Positions 27,568 to 35,439 of a stretch of DNA of 50,521 nt are shown here, piece by piece. The stretch is from an uncultured Candidatus Saccharibacteria bacterium. Lineage in GTDB: Bacteria; Patescibacteriota; Minisyncoccia; Portnoybacterales; UBA2143. The position numbers and the translations under genes were made by a program. Under the pieces are notes generated by a model. The model saw only the letters and a list, made by a program, of their open reading frames with translations, searched no databases and was not told where the DNA came from. The first letter of the stretch is position 1. The number at the start of each line of letters is the position of its first letter. Location of the stretch: positions 1-50,521 of the forward strand of contig CAZMCO010000003.1 of NCBI GenBank assembly GCA_964565215.1, written 5' to 3'.

Positions 27568-29415
27568 ATGTGTGGGATAGCAGGGAAGATTAATTTTAAT
27601 AAAGAGATTGTGGAAGATTGGGAAATTGACAGGATGCTGGATGCTATGAAATACCGCGGGCCAAATGACCGCGGGGTTTTTGTTGACGGTAATATCGGTT
27701 TAGGGCATTTGCGTTTGAGTATTTTAGACCTTAGTTCAGCTGGGCATCAACCAATGAAAAGCAGTGATGGTTCTTTAATTATCAGCCATAACGGCGAAAT
27801 TTATAATTATATTGAGATTAGAAAAGAGCTTCAAGAAAAAGGATATACTTTTAAAACTAATACTGACACAGAAGTAATTTTAACGACTTATCAAGAGTGG
27901 GGTGAAGATTGTGTTAAAAAGTTTAATGGGATGTGGGTTTTTGTTATTTGGGATAAAAAGAAGAAAAAACTTTTTATTTCCAGAGACCGTTTTGGCATTA
28001 AGCCATTTTTTTATTACCAAGATAAAAACATCTTTGTTTTTGCTTCAGAGATTAAATCATTATTACCTTTTTTAAAGAAAAAAGAGATTAATTATCCTTT
28101 TTTGTATAATTTTATTGACCGTCAGATGTCTTATAGAAGTAATCAAACTTTATTTAAAGACATTCAATTCTTACGGCCAGCTCATAATCTGATTATCGAT
28201 TTAAAGAATAAAGCAAAAATAAAAGAGGAATATTATTGGCAGTTTTTGCCGGATAGATTTCGAGAAAAATATGATTATACCAAGCCGATTGATACCTTTA
28301 GAGAACTTTTAATTGATTCAGTCAGATTAAGATTAAGAAGTGATGTGCCAATAGGAGTCTGTCTTTCTGGTGGAATTGATTCCAGTGTGATTACCTGTAT
28401 TATCAACAAAATTTTAAAACAAAAAGTTAAAACCTTTTCATCTATTTATAAACAGCCGGGCTATGGAGAGAAAGAATTTATTGATGAAGTTAATAAAGAA
28501 TGTCAAACAGAACCAACTTTTGTTTATCCCAGTGCTGATAATTTCTTTGAAATATTAAAATCCTTAATTAGGCATCATGACAAACCAGTCAGAATGCCTG
28601 GCACTTATTCTCAATGGCATGTTTTTGAATGTGCGACCGACAAAGTAATAGTTACTTTAGATGGTCAAGGAGGGGATGAATTATTAGCTGGCTATCCTTA
28701 TTATTATCCGTATTACTTAGCAAATTTAATTAAAAATTTATCAATTATTAAATATTTGAAAACTAAAAAAGAAATAAAAGAACGTTTAAAAAAAGATTAT
28801 AATAAAGATATTTTAAAATTATTATTTCCTTGGTTAGTAAAATTTAAGCGTTTTTTTAAAAAAAGTAGCCGTTGGCAGGACCAAATTCTAACTAAGGATT
28901 TTATTTTAAAATACAAATCATCATTAATAAAAAAAGAACCAAAAGTTTTTTCTAGTTATTTAAATCAAGAACTTTACCGGACTTTTGTTACTACCAACCT
29001 GCCGATGCTTCTTGACAACGAAGATAGAATTAGCATGGCTTTTTCTTTAGAGTCAAGAGTTCCCTTTCTAGACTATCGTTTAGTTGAATTTTGCTTTGGC
29101 TTGGATTACGATAAAAAGATTAATGGCTATACGACTAAATATATTTTGCGAGAAGCCTTTAAGGATATTCTTCCTAAAAAGGTTTATCAACGTAAAGATA
29201 AAAAGGGATTTCCTACACCGCTTGAACATTGGTTTCGTAAAGAATTAAAAGCTGATTTGAAAAAGATATTTACTTCTAAGAAATTTGCTAAAGATAATAT
29301 TTTAGATGCTCAAAAAATTCAAAGAATATTTTCCGAGCACTTAACTGGCCGAGATCATTCAAGAATACTTTGGCGGGCTTTGGTAATTCATTTTTGGCTT
29401 AAAGAATATTTTTAA
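27568..29415 (+). CDS. Asparagine synthase (glutamine-hydrolysing)-family amidotransferase, AsnB-like
   Basis: MCGIAG N-terminus, LGHLRLSILD, HNGEIYNY, DTEVIL, and the PP-loop CLSGGIDSS. Confidence 0.85.
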   Translation: MCGIAGKINFNKEIVEDWEIDRMLDAMKYRGPNDRGVFVDGNIGLGHLRLSILDLSSAGHQPMKSSDGSLIISHNGEIYNYIEIRKELQEKGYTFKTNTDTEVILTTYQEWGEDCVKKFNGMWVFVIWDKKKKKLFISRDRFGIKPFFYYQDKNIFVFASEIKSLLPFLKKKEINYPFLYNFIDRQMSYRSNQTLFKDIQFLRPAHNLIIDLKNKAKIKEEYYWQFLPDRFREKYDYTKPIDTFRELLIDSVRLRLRSDVPIGVCLSGGIDSSVITCIINKILKQKVKTFSSIYKQPGYGEKEFIDEVNKECQTEPTFVYPSADNFFEILKSLIRHHDKPVRMPGTYSQWHVFECATDKVIVTLDGQGGDELLAGYPYYYPYYLANLIKNLSIIKYLKTKKEIKERLKKDYNKDILKLLFPWLVKFKRFFKKSSRWQDQILTKDFILKYKSSLIKKEPKVFSSYLNQELYRTFVTTNLPMLLDNEDRISMAFSLESRVPFLDYRLVEFCFGLDYDKKINGYTTKYILREAFKDILPKKVYQRKDKKGFPTPLEHWFRKELKADLKKIFTSKKFAKDNILDAQKIQRIFSEHLTGRDHSRILWRALVIHFWLKEYF

Positions 29416-29423
29416 ATAAAATT

Positions 29424-30220
29424 ATGAATAAATTTGCTTTTGGTAAAAATTGGCAAAGATATCTTAAGATGCATAATCCAAAACGGTTGGAAGTAGCTAA
29501 AAAATCTATTACAGATTTTATGAGTATAGAGAATTTAAAAGGTAAGCTTTTTTTGGATGTAGGCTGCGGATCGGGTTATTTTTCTTTGGCCGCTATTCAG
29601 TTGGGAGCTGATGTAATCAGTTTTGATATAGATCTAGACTGCATTAAATGCTGTCAATTTTTTAAAAAAAAGCTGGTAATCCGGATAATTGGCAAATATA
29701 TCAGGGATCAATTTTGGATAAGAAATTCTTGTCAAGATTACCACAAGCTGATGTTGTTTATTCTCACGGCGTTTTGCATCATACGGGCAATATGTGGCAA
29801 GCTATGGAAAATGTAAAATTCTTGGTTAAAGACGACGGCTATTTGTATATTGCTATTTATAATACAATACATGGTCTTTTTAGCGGGTCTAAGGCTTGGC
29901 GAAGAAAGAAACAAATTTACAATCGCCTACCAAGAATCTTACAATATCTTTGTGAAGGACTTTATATTTTTAGACGTGGTATTTTACCCAATCTTATACG
30001 TTTTAGAAATCCGGTTAAAGATTGGAGAAATCATTATCATAAACGGGGCGAAAGTTATTTAGTCGATTTAAAGGATTGGTTAGGTGGTTATCCTTATGAG
30101 TATGCTAGGCCAGATGAAGTATTTAATTTTTATAAAAACGAGTTTACATTAGTTAATCTATTAACTAAAAATACTTTAGCTTTAAATGTTTTTCTATTTA
30201 AAAAAAATAATAAACAATGA
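29424..30220 (+). pseudogene. Class I SAM methyltransferase split by a -1 frameshift at a T6A8 tract (A_AAA_AAG at 29666-29672)
   Basis: The 0-frame half carries FLDVGCGSGYFSLAAIQLGADVISFDID. The -1-frame half continues from 29672 as AGNPDNWQIYQGSILD...VVYSHGVLHHTGNMW...DWLGGYPYEYARPDEVF. The two halves look like one continuous methyltransferase fold; one extra A, or a -1 slip, restores it. Confidence 0.8.
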
Positions 30221-31335
30221 AAATATTTCTGGTTAATAATTTTTCTCCTCAAGAGGCAATTGGTGGTTCAGAAATTCAATGTTGGCTTTTAGCTAAATAT
30301 TTAGCCAAGAGAAGTCATCAAACTGCTTATTTAGCTTTACAAGGATTATTTGGAAAAAAACAAGAACAGATCGATGGAGTTGAAATTTATTATCTCACCG
30401 ACAAGAACGATAGCAAATTAAAAGTATTTACAAATTTTTATAGCTTGTTGAAAAAAGAAAAACCAGATATTTGCTATATCAGATTTTTTAGGTATTTGTT
30501 TTTCTTAAATAAAATATCCAAATTTCTAAAAATTCCAGTAGTTTTTAATACTTCTCACATTAATGACTGCCAGCCAAATTTAGAAAAAATTAAATTTTCT
30601 TTAAACCCATTAAGATTTTTAAAATCAATCAGAATCGTTCTCCAAAGACATCTTAATTTTTCAACTTTTAGAAAAGTTAAGGTTATTACTATTAATAAAT
30701 ATCAGGCCAAGTTATTAAAGGAGAAATATAATATCAAAGCAAGCTCGATTTATAACAGTATGGAAGATAATTATGCTCAAAATCAGACAAATAAGCAAAA
30801 GCAAATAGTTTGGGTTAATAATATAAAAGCTCGCAAAAGGCCGGAGGTGTTTATTAAATTAGCTAATCAATTTAAAAATAGCCCTTATAAATTTTTAATG
30901 ATTGGTAATTTACAAAGCGATAAATATCAAAAAATGATTAAAAAATGTGAGAAAGAAAATAGTAATTTTAAATATCTGGGCGGTAAATCGCCAGAGGAAG
31001 TTGATAAGATTTTAGCCGCTTCGGAAATTTTTATTAACACTTGTCAACCAGAGGGCTTTGGTAATAATTTTATCCAGGCCTGGTTCAATCAATGTCCGAC
31101 CATCACCTTAAGCTTTGATCCTGATGATATAATCAAAAACAATCAAATAGGTTTTCATTCAGGGAATCAAAAACAGATGAAAAAAGATTTACAAAGATTA
31201 ATGGATAATGATAGTTTAAGAATAACAATGGGAAAAAGAGCTAGAGAATATACTTTAAAAAACCATAAGATTATTGATAATGTTAAGAAATACGAAAAGA
31301 AATTCAAAGAGATAATTTATGAATCAGATAGTTAA
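30217..31335 (+). CDS. Glycosyltransferase, divergent GT4-like
   Basis: N-terminal FSPQEAIGGSEIQCWLLAKYL and the C-terminal GT-B half with NTCQPEGFGNNFIQAWFNQCPTI. ATGA overlap upstream. Confidence 0.65.
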   Translation: MKIFLVNNFSPQEAIGGSEIQCWLLAKYLAKRSHQTAYLALQGLFGKKQEQIDGVEIYYLTDKNDSKLKVFTNFYSLLKKEKPDICYIRFFRYLFFLNKISKFLKIPVVFNTSHINDCQPNLEKIKFSLNPLRFLKSIRIVLQRHLNFSTFRKVKVITINKYQAKLLKEKYNIKASSIYNSMEDNYAQNQTNKQKQIVWVNNIKARKRPEVFIKLANQFKNSPYKFLMIGNLQSDKYQKMIKKCEKENSNFKYLGGKSPEEVDKILAASEIFINTCQPEGFGNNFIQAWFNQCPTITLSFDPDDIIKNNQIGFHSGNQKQMKKDLQRLMDNDSLRITMGKRAREYTLKNHKIIDNVKKYEKKFKEIIYESDS

Positions 31336-32368
31336 AAAATTTAATACTTTAGTCAATAAAATAGAAATTATTTTGGGGAGGCAAAGATTATTTTCTTATC
31401 CCCAAGATGTTCAGATTGAACCAACTAATCGCTGCAATCAGCGTTGTATTATGTGTCCCCGTAATGACAAACTTGATGTGCCGATTGGTGATATGAATTT
31501 GGAGACCTTTAAAAAAGTTATTAATAAATTACCAACTATTAGAAATTTACTGCTCAATGGCTTGGGTGAACCAGTGCTTAATAAAGATTTACCAAAAATG
31601 ATTGCCTATGCCAGTCAACAAGGAATTAATGTTTCTATTAATTCAAATTGTGCCTTAATTGATGAATCCTTAGCTAAGAAATTAGTTGAGAGCGGTCTGC
31701 TTTTAATTAAAATTTCTATGGATTCGCCAGACCCTCAAATTTATCAATCTATTAGAAGGGCTCCTCTTGAACCAGTTATCAAGGGTATTGAAAATTTGGT
31801 TAAGATAAGAAAAAAGAAAAAATCTCAATACCCTCGGCTTTGGTTTAATTCTATTATTATGCAGCAGAATTATAAAAAATTATTTGATATTTTGCGTTTA
31901 GGAGAAAAAATAGGCATTGATTCAGTTCGTTTTAAACCGCTTGATATTTGGGAAGTAGAAGAGAATAAAGAAATGATTGTTAAAGGAACCGAACTCAAAG
32001 AAACTCTTGAGAAAACCTTGGAGTCAGCTAGAGATATAAATGTTAATCATAATTTAAAGAGGCTTTTGAAAAATTTTGATGTTTATTATCGGCCAAAAGC
32101 TAAAATTCCCTGTTATTCGCCTTGGACAGAATTATATATTCAATATTATGGAGGGGTCCGGCTTTGCTGTGAATTTTATAGTAAGAAATATGATATCGGA
32201 AATATTTTAAAAAAGGATTTCAGGGAAATTTGGAATAGTCCGAAAATGCGCCAAATCAGAAAAGAATTTATAAAAGGCAATACTTATTTTCCTGTTTGCC
32301 AAACTTGCAATCGTTTTCAGAGGAATATTCTTATTTATAATAAAATAAAAAAATGGACAAGAATTTAA
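31319..32368 (+). CDS. Radical SAM enzyme with C-terminal SPASM/twitch-like Cys-rich domain
   Basis: IEPTNRCNQRCIMCPR (CX3CX2C). C-terminal auxiliary-cluster cysteines are CYSPWTELYIQYYGGVRLCCEF ... FPVCQTCNRF. Confidence 0.8.
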   Translation: MNQIVKKFNTLVNKIEIILGRQRLFSYPQDVQIEPTNRCNQRCIMCPRNDKLDVPIGDMNLETFKKVINKLPTIRNLLLNGLGEPVLNKDLPKMIAYASQQGINVSINSNCALIDESLAKKLVESGLLLIKISMDSPDPQIYQSIRRAPLEPVIKGIENLVKIRKKKKSQYPRLWFNSIIMQQNYKKLFDILRLGEKIGIDSVRFKPLDIWEVEENKEMIVKGTELKETLEKTLESARDINVNHNLKRLLKNFDVYYRPKAKIPCYSPWTELYIQYYGGVRLCCEFYSKKYDIGNILKKDFREIWNSPKMRQIRKEFIKGNTYFPVCQTCNRFQRNILIYNKIKKWTRI

Positions 32369-32790
32369 TCAAACTTGATATTGGTTGCGGAAAAAGGAAA
32401 AGAAAAGGATGTATTGGTATAGATATTGATAAAAACAGCCAGGCTGATATTATTGCTTCAGCTTTAGAACTTCCTTTTAGTGATAATAATATAGATGAAA
32501 TATATTCTGTTCATTTGGTAGAGCATTTTTCTCCTCAAGAAGCTCAAAATTTTTTTAATGAGATTTATCGGGTCTTGAAAAAAGGTGGTCAGGTATTTTT
32601 GAAAATTGATGTTGATTGGACTAAAAAAAGATTATTAACAAAAGACCCAACCCATAAATACCGCTATTCAGTTAGAGAAATAAAAAAAATACTCAAGCAG
32701 TTTAATTTTAGCCAGAGCAAAGTAGTCAGAAAGATATATTTAATAAAAGGTCATTTAAGAAATAAGATTTTTGTTGAGTTAGTTAAATGA
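32353..32790 (+). CDS. Small class I SAM-dependent methyltransferase (Methyltransf_11-like)
   Basis: KLDIGCGKRKRKGCIGIDI, IDEIYSVHLVEHF, LKKGGQVFLKI. 16-nt overlap with the upstream rSAM gene. Confidence 0.7.
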   Translation: MDKNLIKLDIGCGKRKRKGCIGIDIDKNSQADIIASALELPFSDNNIDEIYSVHLVEHFSPQEAQNFFNEIYRVLKKGGQVFLKIDVDWTKKRLLTKDPTHKYRYSVREIKKILKQFNFSQSKVVRKIYLIKGHLRNKIFVELVK

Positions 32791-32798
32791 TTGTTAAT

Positions 32799-34049
32799 TT
32801 AGATTTTTTTAACCAACCAGCAAGTGATGGCTAAGTTGATAAAACGACCAATGACCAGAGCTAAAATTACGCCTAGTAAACCGTAAAGATGAATAAACAG
32901 AAATAGCAAACCTATTCGGATAAGCGGGCTGTAAATATTTAATTGATATAATTGCTTTTTAGCCATTTTGGCTTGGAGGACGACATGAGGCAGTATGCCA
33001 ACGGCTGTAATTAATGAAATTGAAAATATTTGGGAGTAAAAAACTGATTCTAAATATTGAGGAAAAAATAATTTATAGAAGTAAGGGGCTAAGAAAATAT
33101 ATACGACAATACCCAAGCCAATAAACAGAGCAAGTTTGAACATTTTTTGGAAAATAGTCGCTTTGATTTCTTTCCTGGGTCTGACGGAAAATTTAGGCAG
33201 AGTTAAAAGCCGGATGTTTTTAAGAAAACTTTTTAATTGTTCTGGCGGAATAACGGCAAAAGAATAAATAGCTAATTCAGCCGCTCCCAAATAGTGGAAA
33301 ACAAGAATCTTATCTAAGTAATTAGCCAAAGTATCAATTACACCTATTAGGGTTAAATGTTTACCATAAGAAATAGTTTGTGGGTCTTCCTCTTTGTTTA
33401 AGCGAGGTTTTTTTAATGTCAATATCAGAAAAATAAACCGGAAGAGAGTATAAGAGAAAAAATAAACTAAAAGAATTAAGAATAGATTCTTAGTCAGAAA
33501 AAGGGTAAGGATTAAAGCAGTTATTGAGAGGAAATGAACTAAAGTAGAATATTTGACTTTAATATTAAATAATTTTCTGCCAGCCAGCAGAGCGTTATAA
33601 ATATTAAAAGAATCCATTAAGGGGAGAAACACGGCAATAATCAAAAAAGAAATAGTTAAGGTAATATTGTCATTAAAATAATAATAACCAGCTAATCCTA
33701 AAGAAGCTAATCCGCCTAAGATGCCCCAGTGGATTTTGGTTTTTAATCCTCTGATTAAAGACCCTTGATAACCTCGGCTGACAGCTTGGATGACAGCTGT
33801 GTCAATTCCGGCTAATGTTGGAATAGCTAACAAGCTGGCTATAGAAAGAATATATCTGAAAAACCCATAGGTTTCTTTGGGTAATAAATTAGCAAAAGCC
33901 AGAGCCAATAAAAAAGAACAGATAGTGGAAATTATCTGTCCCAGGGTCAGCCAAGAACCGCCTTTAGCTAAATAGATCATATCAGTTTTAGTATATTTTT
34001 CAGATCGGCGAAGAAGGCGATAGATTTTCTGTCTTGCGCTTTTTATCAT
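32799..34049 (-). CDS. Wzx-type oligosaccharide flippase (MOP/polysaccharide biosynthesis protein family)
   Basis: 416 aa, about 12 TM helices. N-terminus GGSWLTLGQIISTICSFLLALAFANLLPKETYGFFRY is typical of the Polysacc_synt family. TAATG overlap with the upstream phosphoglycosyltransferase gene. Confidence 0.75.
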   Translation of the reverse strand: MIKSARQKIYRLLRRSEKYTKTDMIYLAKGGSWLTLGQIISTICSFLLALAFANLLPKETYGFFRYILSIASLLAIPTLAGIDTAVIQAVSRGYQGSLIRGLKTKIHWGILGGLASLGLAGYYYFNDNITLTISFLIIAVFLPLMDSFNIYNALLAGRKLFNIKVKYSTLVHFLSITALILTLFLTKNLFLILLVYFFSYTLFRFIFLILTLKKPRLNKEEDPQTISYGKHLTLIGVIDTLANYLDKILVFHYLGAAELAIYSFAVIPPEQLKSFLKNIRLLTLPKFSVRPRKEIKATIFQKMFKLALFIGLGIVVYIFLAPYFYKLFFPQYLESVFYSQIFSISLITAVGILPHVVLQAKMAKKQLYQLNIYSPLIRIGLLFLFIHLYGLLGVILALVIGRFINLAITCWLVKKI

Positions 34050-35380
34050 TATCTGCCGCCTCCTTTTAAAATAATTTTAATGGTTCTTAAGAGAATACTT
34101 AAGTCTAAGATAAATGAGCGGTGTTTAATGTAGAAAAGCTCGTATTGGAGTTTTTCAATACTGTCTTGGACCGAAGCACCGTAGTGAAAATTGACTTGAG
34201 CCCAGCCAGTTAAACCGGGTTTGACAATGTGACGGATTTGATAATAGGGAATTTCTTTTTCCAGTTGCTGGACAAACTCAATTCTTTCCGGCCGCGGACC
34301 AATAAAACTCATCTGGCCAGTAAAAATATTCCACATTTGCGGTAGTTCGTCTAAGCGAGTTTTGCGTAGAAAATTACCTAGTCGGGTGATACGGTAATCT
34401 TGATGGTCAGCCCATTGAGCGCCGTTTTTTTCGGCTTCTTCAATCATTGAACGAAATTTAATCACCTTAAAAATTTGACCATCCTGACTGATTCTTCTTT
34501 GTTTAAAGAAAATAGGTCCTCGACTATCCAATTTTATAGCCAAGATAATTAAAGGATAAAAAATTAAACTGATTAAGCCAAAAACAAAAGCGCCCAGCAT
34601 ATCAAAAATTCGCTTAAAGGCCTCATAAAAGTTTTTTTGACTTTCAGTTAAATTTTCCAAAAACCATATTTCACCAATACTGGAAATAGGTACTTTGCCT
34701 AATATTTTTTCATAAAAAGAAGGCAGGTCGCTAAAACTGATTTTGAGTGGCAGGCATTGATATAAACTCTGGACTAATCTTGAATCATGATGAGGGTCAA
34801 TGGCGGTGATGATTGTTTTAATATTTTTTTGAGTAGCCATTTCCAACAAGTCAAAAGGGGTTTGGATGTTCCGGGGTTTGATTTGTTTAATTGTTCGGTA
34901 ACCCAATTGAGGGTTATCTTTAATGATTTGATTTATCTGTTCGCTTTCTTTGTTTCTGCCGATAAAGAGGACATTGTTGACGAGAGTCGAGGTTTTAAGC
35001 AGATGGTTATAAAGCTGCCGCCAAGCAGAAAAAAGCAAAGTGAAAATAGTTAAATTCAAAAATAGATTTGTTTTAGGGGTAATGCCGAAGTAATGAATAA
35101 AATAAAAGAAAGCAATGGCTAAACCAGCATTAATCATTAAGCCGCGCAGCAAAGTAGAATAGAAGTTTATATTATTTCTGGCTAAGGTCAGTTCATAAAG
35201 GCCGGCAATATAAAAGACAATTAACCAGAAGAAATAAATAATAGTAAAAGGCCAAAAATGCTGATGCCAGCGATTAAAATCAAAATTGCCGCCGTAGCGG
35301 ACGAATAGAGTTAGCCAAAGGGACAAATATAAAACAAGGATATCACCGAGTAGTAAAGTGATTTTTTTTAGATTAGGCAT
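34049..35380 (-). CDS. Initiating polyprenyl-phosphate phosphoglycosyltransferase (WbaP/Bac_transf family, large form)
   Basis: N-terminal TM bundle and a central nucleotide-binding-like domain. The C-terminal catalytic domain has FKRIFDMLGA, KFRSM, LDELPQ, GPRPE and TGWAQV. Confidence 0.9.
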   Translation of the reverse strand: MPNLKKITLLLGDILVLYLSLWLTLFVRYGGNFDFNRWHQHFWPFTIIYFFWLIVFYIAGLYELTLARNNINFYSTLLRGLMINAGLAIAFFYFIHYFGITPKTNLFLNLTIFTLLFSAWRQLYNHLLKTSTLVNNVLFIGRNKESEQINQIIKDNPQLGYRTIKQIKPRNIQTPFDLLEMATQKNIKTIITAIDPHHDSRLVQSLYQCLPLKISFSDLPSFYEKILGKVPISSIGEIWFLENLTESQKNFYEAFKRIFDMLGAFVFGLISLIFYPLIILAIKLDSRGPIFFKQRRISQDGQIFKVIKFRSMIEEAEKNGAQWADHQDYRITRLGNFLRKTRLDELPQMWNIFTGQMSFIGPRPERIEFVQQLEKEIPYYQIRHIVKPGLTGWAQVNFHYGASVQDSIEKLQYELFYIKHRSFILDLSILLRTIKIILKGGGR

Positions 35381-35403
35381 TGATTTTATTCTATCATTTT
35401 AAC

Positions 35404-35432
35404 TTGATAAATCAAGCTCAATAAAGTAAAAT
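35404..35432 (+). promoter_or_regulatory. Candidate promoter, TTGATA-N17-TAAAAT, ending 7 nt before the ATG at 35440
   Basis: ttgata at 35404-35409, 17-nt spacer, taaaat at 35427-35432. It lies in the 59-nt divergent spacer between the phosphoglycosyltransferase and Wzy_C-TPR genes. Confidence 0.4.
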
Positions 35433-35439
35433 AAGTATA

